In this document: one piece after another, positions 49,018 to 57,850 of the stretch
Position numbering within the stretch: position 1 is the stretch's first letter
How the letters are laid out: each line of letters begins with the position of its first letter
Assembly: GCA_963732385.1 (NCBI GenBank)
Contig: CAVSZB010000005.1
Location: 128,001 to 192,000 of the forward strand
DNA: 64,000 nt
Origin: an uncultured bacterium
Lineage (GTDB): Bacteria; Krumholzibacteriota; Krumholzibacteriia; LZORAL124-64-63
Direction: 5' to 3'
Program-made: the position numbers and the translations under genes
The notes under the pieces: generated by a model
Database searches by the model: none
Seen by the model: only the letters and a program-made list of their open reading frames with translations
What the model was told of the DNA's origin: nothing

Positions 49018-50127
49018 ATGGCTGCCCTCGCTTTAGTCTTTCGCTGCCTGGCCCTGCCTCTGGTCGTCACTCTGTTCGCTGCCGATGCGCGCGCCGCTGC
49101 TGCCCCGGCCGATTCGGTCAGGACGGCGTCCGGGAGCCTCTCGGTGGTGCCGGCGCTGTTCTATGCGCCGGAGACGCGGTTTGGCGCGGGGGCCTTCGCT
49201 ATTCGCACGTTCAGGGCCGGGGAGGCGGGCAGGGAGGCGCGGCCTTCCAGTGTGACGGCGGGGTTGCTTGGCACGGTGGAGAAGCAGGCGCTGGTGATCG
49301 TGGCGGCGGATCTGTACCGGCGTGGCGAGGCGTTGCGGTGGCTCGGGCTGGCGGCGTGGAGCTACTTCCCGACGAAGTTCTACGGGGTCGGAGCGGAGAC
49401 GCCGGAGGGGAACGAAGAGGACTACACGCCGCGGACGCTGGCGTTGCAGGCGCAGGGGCTGCCACGCGTGGCGGCGGGGCTGCGGGCGGGGCCGCGGGTC
49501 GAGTATCAGCGGTTGCGGCTGGCGGAGGTCGAAGCCGGGGGGCTGCTGGCTGCGGGTGACGTGCCGGGGGCCGGCGGGGGCGATGCGCTGGGGGCCGGCT
49601 TTGTCGTGCTGTACGACACGCGGGACAACGTGTTCTTTCCGACGCGGGGGCAGTTGCACGAGGCTTCGGTGACGGCGTTCGGCGGCGGGCTCGGGGGCGA
49701 CTTCAGCTGGACGCGGCGGATGGTCGATCTGCGGCGGTATCTGCCGCTGGGGCCGAGGCATACGGTGGCGCTGCAGGGGTTGCTGGTGTCCAACCGCGGG
49801 GAGCCGCCGTTCACGCAACTCGGGCTGCTCGGGGGGCAGAACGTGCTGCGCGGGTACTACGAGGGGCGCGACCGCGATCGCAATCTGGCGGCGGCGCAGG
49901 CGGAGTACCGGCGGCCGCTCGGATCGCGGTTCGGGCTGGCGCTGTTCGCGGCGGGCGGGACGGTGGCACGCGACCTCGCCGGGCTTTCGCTGGCGCATCT
50001 GCGCGTGGCGGGCGGAGCGGGGCTGCGCTATCTGCTGAGCGTGAGCGAGGGGATCAACTTCCGGCTCGACTACGGCGTCGGTGACGACTCGTCCGGGATG
50101 TACTTCACGGCGACCGAGGCGTTCTAA
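49018..50127 (+). CDS. Omp85/BamA-TamA-like barrel protein without POTRA domains
   Basis: YDTRDN.F.PTRG, LGG...LRGY..GR.RD, G.GLRY, N.R.DY, C-terminal EAF. Confidence 0.82.
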   Translation: MAALALVFRCLALPLVVTLFAADARAAAAPADSVRTASGSLSVVPALFYAPETRFGAGAFAIRTFRAGEAGREARPSSVTAGLLGTVEKQALVIVAADLYRRGEALRWLGLAAWSYFPTKFYGVGAETPEGNEEDYTPRTLALQAQGLPRVAAGLRAGPRVEYQRLRLAEVEAGGLLAAGDVPGAGGGDALGAGFVVLYDTRDNVFFPTRGQLHEASVTAFGGGLGGDFSWTRRMVDLRRYLPLGPRHTVALQGLLVSNRGEPPFTQLGLLGGQNVLRGYYEGRDRDRNLAAAQAEYRRPLGSRFGLALFAAGGTVARDLAGLSLAHLRVAGGAGLRYLLSVSEGINFRLDYGVGDDSSGMYFTATEAF

Positions 50128-50136
50128 GGGGGGGCG

Positions 50137-50953
50137 ATGCCGGTCACGCTGGTGGCGCTGCACGTCTATCCGGTGAAGGGGTGTCGCGGGCTGGAGCCGG
50201 CGGCGGCGTGGGCCGGGACGCGAGGGCTGGAGGGCGACCGGCGGTGGATGGTCGTCGATGGCGCGGGACGGTTCGTTTCGCAGCGGACTCGGCCGCGGCT
50301 GGCGGTCGTGGCGCCGGAGCTGGCGGCCGGGGCGCTGATGCTGCGAGTGCCGGGGCGCGAGGCGCTCGTAGTGCCTCTTGGACCCGACGGCGGGCCGGCC
50401 GGGGTCGTTGCCACCGGGCAAGTCACCGTCTGGCGCGACACGGTGGCGGCGCGCGACGCGGGCGCGGCGGCGGCGGACTGGTTCGGGGCACTGCTCGGCG
50501 AGACGGCCCGCCTCGTCTTCATGCCGGACGACACGCGGCGCGGGGTCGATCCGGATTACGCGGCGCCGGGCGACGTCGTCAGCTTCGCGGACGGCTTCCC
50601 CTGGCTGCTGATCTCCGAGGGGTCGCTGGCCGATCTCAACGCGCGCCTCCCCCGTCCCCTGCCGATGGCCCGTTTCCGCCCCAATCTCGTCGTGAGTGGT
50701 TGCGCCCCGTACGCCGAGGACGGCTGGCGGACGCTGCGGATCGGCGAGGCGGTGTTCCGTATCGTCAAGCCATGCGCCCGCTGCTCCGTCACCACGGTCG
50801 ACCAGGAGACCGGCGAGCCGGACGGGCCGGAGCCGCTGCGCACGCTGGCCGGCTATCGGCGCGTCGGGGACGGGGTCATGTTCGGGCAGAACCTGCTGGC
50901 GGAGCAGGACCGGCGAGTTGCGCGTCGGCGCGCCGGTGGAGATCCTCGCCTGA
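50137..50953 (+). CDS. MOSC domain protein (YcbX/mARC-like), apparent +1 frameshift near the 3' end
   Basis: YPVKGC, DRRWM, FADGFP, RFRPN, KPCARC, FGQN. The expected tail GELRVGAPVEILA* is in the +1 frame after ~50910. Confidence 0.88.
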
Positions 50954-50957
50954 GCCG

Positions 50958-51623
50958 CTACTCGATCATTTTCGCCAGCTGCGCCGCCCGCCGGCCCACG
51001 TAGTCACCGTTGACATGGTAGCGCAGCGGGGCCGGGATGATCGCGGCGAGACGGCAGCACTGGTCGCGCGACAGCTTCGCCAGCGGGACGCCGAAGTGGT
51101 GCTCCGACGCGGCCGCCACGCCGAACACGCCGGGGCCGAACTCGATCGAGTTGAGGTAGATCTCGAGGATGCGGTCCTTGGGCAGCAGCAGCTCCATCAC
51201 CGCGGCGATGGCCGCCTCGCGGCCCTTGCGCACGTAGGTGCGCTCGGAGGAGAGAAACAGGTTCTTGGCGAGCTGCTGGGTGATCGTGCTGCCGCCCCGC
51301 CGGACCTCGTCGGCCTTCTCGTTGCGCGCCCGCGCCGCCCTGATGGCCTCGGCGTCGAAGCCGTGGTGGCGGTAGAACTTCCCGTCCTCGGCCTCGAGGA
51401 CGGCCCGGCGCAGGTCGCGTGGGATCCTGGCCAGCGGCGTCCAGACATGGCGGACGGTGTAGGTCTCCTGGCGCTCGTGCGCTTCGCGGTCGCGCATCCG
51501 CATCCAGGCGGTCGACTGCGGCTCGAACCAGCGCAGGGCGAGCACCTGGGCGAACGTTGCGCCGATGGCGATCCCGAGCAGGATGCCGGTCCAGCGGACG
51601 GCGTGGCGGACGAAACGCGGCAT
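50958..51623 (-). CDS. mtgA: Monofunctional peptidoglycan transglycosylase
   Basis: AED.KF..HHGFD, GGSTITQQLAKNLFL, RK..E, K.RILEIYLN.IEFG. Confidence 0.92.
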   Translation of the reverse strand: MPRFVRHAVRWTGILLGIAIGATFAQVLALRWFEPQSTAWMRMRDREAHERQETYTVRHVWTPLARIPRDLRRAVLEAEDGKFYRHHGFDAEAIRAARARNEKADEVRRGGSTITQQLAKNLFLSSERTYVRKGREAAIAAVMELLLPKDRILEIYLNSIEFGPGVFGVAAASEHHFGVPLAKLSRDQCCRLAAIIPAPLRYHVNGDYVGRRAAQLAKMIE

Positions 51624-51702
51624 GGTCCTCCGGGCGGCGGCGATCGTGACGATCCCGGCGCCCGCAAGCGTAGCCGCCCCGGTCATTCGCGGCAAGCCCG
51701 GA

Positions 51703-51738
51703 CAAACCGAGGGGCCGGCGCCTCGTGGCGCCGGCCCC
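51703..51738 (-). terminator. Terminator after pckA
   Basis: 12-bp perfect stem ggggccggcgcc/ggcgccggcccc, followed by TCGGTTTG on the minus strand. Confidence 0.6.
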
Positions 51739-51767
51739 CGGATCATCCCGCAGCGTGAAGAACTGTC

Positions 51768-53408
51768 CTAGATCTTCGGCCCGGCAGTCTTCACGTCGTC
51801 CGGGCAGTCGTCGGCGAACTTCTTGAAGTTGTCGATGAAGCGCGAGGCCAGCCCCTTGTAGCGCTTCATGTAGGCGGCCTTGTCCGGCCACGCGGCGGCC
51901 GGGTTCATGACGCCGTCGGGGATCTCGGGGCAGCTCCTGGGCACCTGGAACCCGAACACCGGATCGGTGAAGTACTCCACGTTGAGCAGCTTGCCGTCGA
52001 GCGTGGCGTTGAGCATGGTGCGCGTGTACTTGATGCTGATACGCTTGCCCACGCCGTAGGGACCGCCCACCCAGCCGGTATTGAGCAGCCAGCAGTTCAC
52101 TTCGTGACGCTCGATCTTGCGGCGCAGCACCTCGGCGTAGAAGGCGGGGCGGTGCACCATGAACGGCCCGCCGAAGCAGGTCGAGAAGGTGATCTCCGGC
52201 TCCTCGCCCAGGCCGATCTCGGTGCCACCGACCTTCGAGGTGTAGCCGCTGATGAAGTGATACAGCGCCTGCGGCACCGACAGCTTCGCGATCGGCGGCA
52301 TGACGCCCGAAGCGTCGCAGGTCAAAAAGACGATGTTCTTCGGGTGCGCCCCCGCCATTTCGGGCACCGCGTTGTCGATGAACTCGAGCGGGTACGAGGC
52401 GCGCGTGTTCTCGGTGCGCGTCTCGTCGTCGAGGTCGATCATGCGGGTGACCGGATCGAAGACCACGTTCTCGAGGATCGTGCCGAAGCGACGGGTGGCG
52501 GCGAAGATCTGCGGCTCGGCCGAGGGCGAGAGCGCGATGACCTTCGCGTAGCAGCCGGCCTCGAAGTTGAAGATGCCGTCGTCGCTCCAGCCGTGCTCGT
52601 CGTCGCCGATAAGACCGCGCTTGGGGTCGGCCGACAACGTTGTCTTGCCGGTGCCGGAGAGGCCGAAGAAGAGCGCGGTGTCGCCCTGCGCGCCGCGGTT
52701 GGCGGAGCAGTGCATCGTCATCACGCCCTGCAGCGGCAGCAGGTAGTTCATGATCGTGAAGACCGACTTCTTGATCTCGCCTGCGTAGCCGGAGCCGCCG
52801 ATGATGCACAGTTTCTGCGCGAAGTTGATGGCGATGACCGTCGGCGACGAAGTGCCGTCCATCTGCGGGAACGCCTTGAAGCCGGGCGCCGCGATGACGG
52901 TGAACTCCGGCACGTGCCGCCGGCACTCCTCGTTCGTCTTCGGCGTGATGAACATGTTCCGGGCGAACATGCTGTGCCAGGCCGATTCGGTCAGGATGCG
53001 CACCGGCAGGCGGAAGTTCTCGTCCGCGCCGCAGAAGCAGTCCTGGATGAAGACGTCGCGCCCCTGCAGGTAGCCCTGCACCCGCATGAGCAGGTCGTGG
53101 AACTTCTCCGGGCTGTAGGGGCGGTTGTACTGCCCCCACCAGACATGCCCTTCGCTGCTCGCCTCGCGGGTGACGACCTTGTCGTTCGCCGCGCGGGCGG
53201 TGTGCTTGCCGGTGTTGACCACCAGCGCGCCGTGGAGCGTGATCTTCCCCTCGTTGCGGAAGACCGCCTCTTCGTAGAGCGCCTCGGTCGGCAGGTTCCA
53301 GTAGACGCGGTTCAGGTCGACCAGGCCGTGGTTCTCCAGGCCGAAGTCGCTCCTGAGCGCCGCCGCCTGGCCCTCCGCCGGGCTCTTGATGTCGAGAATG
53401 TTGTTCAC
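51768..53408 (-). CDS. pckA: Phosphoenolpyruvate carboxykinase (ATP)
   Basis: YAGEIKKS, MHCSAN, GLSGTGKTTLS, IGDDEHGW, TENTR..YP. GTG start overlaps the upstream stop. Confidence 0.96.
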   Translation of the reverse strand: MNNILDIKSPAEGQAAALRSDFGLENHGLVDLNRVYWNLPTEALYEEAVFRNEGKITLHGALVVNTGKHTARAANDKVVTREASSEGHVWWGQYNRPYSPEKFHDLLMRVQGYLQGRDVFIQDCFCGADENFRLPVRILTESAWHSMFARNMFITPKTNEECRRHVPEFTVIAAPGFKAFPQMDGTSSPTVIAINFAQKLCIIGGSGYAGEIKKSVFTIMNYLLPLQGVMTMHCSANRGAQGDTALFFGLSGTGKTTLSADPKRGLIGDDEHGWSDDGIFNFEAGCYAKVIALSPSAEPQIFAATRRFGTILENVVFDPVTRMIDLDDETRTENTRASYPLEFIDNAVPEMAGAHPKNIVFLTCDASGVMPPIAKLSVPQALYHFISGYTSKVGGTEIGLGEEPEITFSTCFGGPFMVHRPAFYAEVLRRKIERHEVNCWLLNTGWVGGPYGVGKRISIKYTRTMLNATLDGKLLNVEYFTDPVFGFQVPRSCPEIPDGVMNPAAAWPDKAAYMKRYKGLASRFIDNFKKFADDCPDDVKTAGPKI

Positions 53409-54634
53409 AGCCAATCCCTCACCATCTTGCGGTCGCCGAGATAGATCTCGTTCGGCGAGTTGGGGTCGAGCGCCCACTTCATCCGTTCGATCCCCACCGT
53501 CACGTCCTTCACCGTGCCGGCGAAGCTGAGGCGGAGGTGACCTTCCATGCCGAACTCCTTGCCGGGCACGGTAACGACGCGCGCCTTGTCGAGCAGGAAC
53601 TTCGAGAGATCGACCGACTTGCCACCGAACCGCGGCGTGTAGGCGCGGAAGTCCGGCAGGCAGTAGAAGGTGCCGTCGGGCGGCACGCACTTGACGTCGC
53701 GGAACGACTTGAGCTCCTGCATGATGACGTTGCGGTTGTTCTCGATCGTCAGCCGCAGACCTTCCACCACGCTCTGCATGCCGGTCAGCGCCCCCTCGGC
53801 AGCCGACTGCAGCACCGTCGAGGCGCACGAGGTCGTGGCGGCCTGGATGTTGTTGATGACCGAGACCAGCTTGCGGTTGGTCACCACCCACCCGATCCGG
53901 AAGCCGGTCATGCCGTACGACTTTGAAACCCCGTTCATGACGATGACCATCGTCGACTCGAGGTCCTTTTTCGCGTACTTGTACGGAGACGGCCAGGTTT
54001 TGCCGTCGAAGACGAGCTTGTGGTAGATGTCGTCCATGATGACCCAGATGCCCTTCTTCTCGCAGAACTCGATCAGCTCCGCGAGGAACGACTCCGGGTA
54101 CATGCACCCCGACGGGTTGTTCGGGCTGTTGACGACGATCGCGCGGGTGTAGCTGCCGACCGCGCGCTTGATGTCCTCCAGGCGCGGCTGGAAGCCGCCG
54201 TCCTCCGGCGTCACCACCACCGGCACCCCGTAGCACATCTTGATCATCTCGGGGTAGCTGACCCAGTAGGGCGCGAGGAGAATCACCTCGTCCTGCGGGT
54301 TGAGGATGCTGAAGAGGATGTTGAACAGCGAAAGCTTGGCGCCGGCCGAGACGATCACGTTCTCGGGCGCCACCACCTTGTCGTAGTTCTCCTCGGTGTA
54401 GCGGATGATCGCCTTCTTGAGCGAAGGGATGCCGTCCGACGGCGCATACTTGATCTCGCCTCCGGACAGCCGCGCCGCCGCTGCCAGGATCGCCGTGATC
54501 GGCGCCTTGTTCTTCGGTTCGCCGATGCCGAGGTGGATGACCGACTCGCCCTTCTCGCGCAGGATCCTGGCTTCCTCGTTCAGGCGCAGGGTGGGCGATT
54601 CGACGATGGAGCTGGCAAGCTTGCTGAGAATCAT
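53405..54634 (-). CDS. PLP-dependent class I (aspartate-type) aminotransferase
   Basis: PYWVSY, NSPNNPSG, DDIY, NGVSKSY.MTG.RIG. Confidence 0.93.
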   Translation of the reverse strand: MILSKLASSIVESPTLRLNEEARILREKGESVIHLGIGEPKNKAPITAILAAAARLSGGEIKYAPSDGIPSLKKAIIRYTEENYDKVVAPENVIVSAGAKLSLFNILFSILNPQDEVILLAPYWVSYPEMIKMCYGVPVVVTPEDGGFQPRLEDIKRAVGSYTRAIVVNSPNNPSGCMYPESFLAELIEFCEKKGIWVIMDDIYHKLVFDGKTWPSPYKYAKKDLESTMVIVMNGVSKSYGMTGFRIGWVVTNRKLVSVINNIQAATTSCASTVLQSAAEGALTGMQSVVEGLRLTIENNRNVIMQELKSFRDVKCVPPDGTFYCLPDFRAYTPRFGGKSVDLSKFLLDKARVVTVPGKEFGMEGHLRLSFAGTVKDVTVGIERMKWALDPNSPNEIYLGDRKMVRDWL

Positions 54635-54896
54635 GGCTCGTCCGCTCTCCCGGGTCCGGAAAGGGCGGCCGCCGGGCCGCGACGACTGCCGCGGATCCGC
54701 GCGACGCGCATGGCTGCGTGACCGGCCAAATGTAGGCAGCGCCGGGGGAGGCGTCAACGCGACATTACCGCCGCCTTCGCCGGGAGGCATACTTCCCTTG
54801 TTTGGCCTTCGTGGCGACAGAACGGTCATCATCTCCTATCTTGGAACGTCCCTTTCGACCGGCGCGATGCGGCGCCGAAAACCCGGGAGAGCGCAC

Positions 54897-56297
54897 ATGG
54901 CCTGTTTCCGGCTTTTCGTGGCGCTGGCGGCGCTCGTCGCTCCGGCCACCCTCCCCGCCGCCCCCCCGTCGACCGCGGCGCCGGAGTCCCCGGTCCCGCG
55001 CCTGCTCGCCGCCGCCCTCGCCGACAGCCACGCCTGGTCGCGGCTCGGCGAGTTGTGCGACCTGGTCGGACCGCGTCTGAACGGCTCCGCCGGACAGGCC
55101 CGCGCCGTGGCCTGGGCGCTGACCGGGATGCGGGACGACGGTCTGACGGCGGTCCGCGCGGAACCGGTGCAGGTGCCGCACTGGGTGCGGGGCGACGAGT
55201 CGGCCGAGTGTCTGGCGCCGCTCCGTTTCGCCCTGCCGGTGCTCGGCCTCGGCGGCACCGTCGGCACCCCGCCCGGCGGGGTCGAGGCGGACCTGCTCGC
55301 CGTGCGCGATTTCGACGAACTGGCAGCCCGCGCCACCGAGGTGCGCGGCAGGATCGTGCTGTTCGACCCGCCATGGGAGGACTACGGCAAGACCGTCCAG
55401 TACCGCGCCTGCGGCGCCGACGCCGCGGCGAAGCACGGCGCGGTGGCCTGCCTGATCCGCTCGGTGACCGACGTGAGCCTGGCCACGCTCCACACCGGCA
55501 TCATGCGCTACGCCGACCGCGCCGACACCGCCTGGGCCGACGTGCCGCAGATCCCCGCCGCCGCCCTCACCGTCGAAGACGCCGGCCGGCTGCACCGCCT
55601 GGCGCTCGCCGGACACGCAGTGCGCATCCACCTGTCGCTCGGGGCGCGGACCCTGCCCGACACCGGATCGGCGAACGTGGTCGGCGAGGTGCGCGGACGC
55701 GAGCGGCCGGAGGAGATCGTCGTCATCAGCGCCCATCTCGACTCGTGGGACGTCGGCACCGGAGCCCACGACGACGGGGCCGGCTGCGTTATCGTGATGG
55801 AGGCGGCCCGCCTGCTGGCGCGGCTGCCTGTCGCACCGCGCCGCACGGTCCGGGTCGTCCTCTTCGCCGACGAGGAAAACGCGCAGACCGGCGGCAAGGC
55901 GTACGCCACCGCCCACGCCGACGAGATCGCCTGCCATGTGGCGGCTCTCGAGTGCGATTCGGGCGGCTTCGCGCCACTGGGCTTCTCGGTCCAGGGCGAC
56001 TCAGCCACGGTGGCGCAGGTGAGCGCGCTGGCCCGCCCACTGGTTGCGATCGGCGCCGCCGAGGTCACGCCGGGCGGCAGCGGCGTCGATGTGTCGTTCA
56101 TCGTGGAGCAGGGGGTGCCCGGCATCGGCCATCGGGTCGATGGCGCTAGCTACTTCGAGTATCACCACAGCCCCGCCGACACCTTCGACAAGATCGACGC
56201 CCGCGACCTGGCGAAGAACGTGGCCGCCGTGGCTGCGCTCGCCTGGGCCCTGGCCGAGGATCCCGAACCGCTGCACCGCGTGGCCCGGGCGCCGTGA
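54897..56297 (+). CDS. Secreted M28 peptidase (carboxypeptidase Q-like)
   Basis: Signal peptide, GPRL.GS, AHLDSWDVGTGAHDD, DEE, E.DSG, YHH..ADT. Confidence 0.9.
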   Translation: MACFRLFVALAALVAPATLPAAPPSTAAPESPVPRLLAAALADSHAWSRLGELCDLVGPRLNGSAGQARAVAWALTGMRDDGLTAVRAEPVQVPHWVRGDESAECLAPLRFALPVLGLGGTVGTPPGGVEADLLAVRDFDELAARATEVRGRIVLFDPPWEDYGKTVQYRACGADAAAKHGAVACLIRSVTDVSLATLHTGIMRYADRADTAWADVPQIPAAALTVEDAGRLHRLALAGHAVRIHLSLGARTLPDTGSANVVGEVRGRERPEEIVVISAHLDSWDVGTGAHDDGAGCVIVMEAARLLARLPVAPRRTVRVVLFADEENAQTGGKAYATAHADEIACHVAALECDSGGFAPLGFSVQGDSATVAQVSALARPLVAIGAAEVTPGGSGVDVSFIVEQGVPGIGHRVDGASYFEYHHSPADTFDKIDARDLAKNVAAVAALAWALAEDPEPLHRVARAP

Positions 56298-56310
56298 GGG
56301 AGGGAGCTGC

Positions 56311-57738
56311 ATGACCGGTTTCATGGCGCGCCTGCGCCACGGCCACCGCCGCCCCGGCCCCGGCGAGCCGGACGCCATCCTTGAGGGTCCGGTCCGCCGG
56401 ACCCTGCTCGGCCTGAGCGTCCCGATGATCCTGGCGATGCTCCTCGTGACCGGGTTCGGTCTGGTGGACATGATCTACCTCGGCCGCTACAGCAAGGAGG
56501 CGATGGCCTCCATCCAGATCGCCTTCCCGGTGAGCTACCTGCTGATGGCGCTGGCCGGCGCGCTCGGCACCGCGGCGACGTCGCTCGGCTCGCGCCTCCT
56601 CGGCGCCGGCGACGAGCGGCAGGCCCGCAATCTGGTGCTGCACCTGCTCGCGGTAGTCGGCGGCCTGACGGCGCTGATCATGCCGCTCGGCCAGTTCTTC
56701 CTCCGCGAGGCGCTCGCTCCCGCCCACGCCGAGCCGGCGGTGCTGGCCGGCGCGCTCGCCTACGCGCGCATCTCGTACTGGGGCGCCATTTTCGCCCTCT
56801 TCCCCCAGGTCGTGAATTCGCTCTTCCGCGCCGAGGGCGACACCATGCTGCCGTTCAAGACGATGGCCATCGCCCTGGTGTGCAACATCATCCTCGACCC
56901 GCTCTTCATCTTCGGCCTCGGCCCGTTCCCCGAGCTGGGCGTGGCTGGCGCCGCATTCACCACCGTGGCGAGCTTCGGCCTCGCCTCGCTGCTGGTAACG
57001 CGCGAACTGTTCAACCGGAACCGCCGGATGCACATCGCGCGCGCCGCCTGGCGCTGGGACCCCGGACTGTTGCGCGGTCTGGCCGTCGTGGCCGGCCCCG
57101 CCTTCCTGGCCAACCTCGCCACTCCGCTCTCGATCGAACTGATCAACCGCCAGCTCGCCCCCTTCGGCACCGACGCCCTCGCCGCCTTCGGCGCCGGCAG
57201 CCGCCTGTTGAACTTCGTCTTCCTGCCGACACTCGGCATCTCGCTCAGCATGCTGATCATGGTGGGCCAGAACCACGGCGCCGGCCGACGCGACCGCGTG
57301 CTCCGCATCACCTGGACCGCCGTCGGCGCCGCGATCACTCTGCTCGTCGCGCTCGCCGTACCGATCATGCTGTTTCCCCGCGCCGCCATCGGCCTGTTCA
57401 CCGACGAACCGTCGGTGATCGCCCTCGCCATCCCGTTCGTCCTCTGGGTCACCCCGGCCCGCCCGATGCTCAGCCTCGTGAACATCACCGCCTACTGGTT
57501 CCAGGCCCGCGGTCAGGGCCTTGCCGGCATGGGGCCCAACTTCCTGATGCGCGTCATCCTTGAACCGCTCGGCGTCTACGTCGGCCTCCACGCCGCCCGC
57601 GGTCTGACCGGCGGCTGGATCGGCATGGCGGCGGGAAACGTGGCGGGCGGCCTCGCCTGCCTCTGGCTGCTCTGGTGGCGGCTGCGGGCCTATAGTGGGA
57701 GGGGCGCGGCAGGAGATGGGCGACCGGAAATGGCGTGA
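56311..57738 (+). CDS. MATE family efflux transporter
   Basis: Multiple TM segments, VD....G, RAEGD...P, NI.LDP.FIFG..G..GAA, VGQN.GAG. Confidence 0.92.
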   Translation: MTGFMARLRHGHRRPGPGEPDAILEGPVRRTLLGLSVPMILAMLLVTGFGLVDMIYLGRYSKEAMASIQIAFPVSYLLMALAGALGTAATSLGSRLLGAGDERQARNLVLHLLAVVGGLTALIMPLGQFFLREALAPAHAEPAVLAGALAYARISYWGAIFALFPQVVNSLFRAEGDTMLPFKTMAIALVCNIILDPLFIFGLGPFPELGVAGAAFTTVASFGLASLLVTRELFNRNRRMHIARAAWRWDPGLLRGLAVVAGPAFLANLATPLSIELINRQLAPFGTDALAAFGAGSRLLNFVFLPTLGISLSMLIMVGQNHGAGRRDRVLRITWTAVGAAITLLVALAVPIMLFPRAAIGLFTDEPSVIALAIPFVLWVTPARPMLSLVNITAYWFQARGQGLAGMGPNFLMRVILEPLGVYVGLHAARGLTGGWIGMAAGNVAGGLACLWLLWWRLRAYSGRGAAGDGRPEMA

Positions 57739-57850
57739 GCGGGAGGTCGCTTCTGCAACATCCGGCCGCCGTACTTCGTGATACCATGTCCACGTTTTTC
57801 GCGGCGCCCCCCCCCGGGCGGCGGACCCCGATCTCCGAAAGGATCCCACG

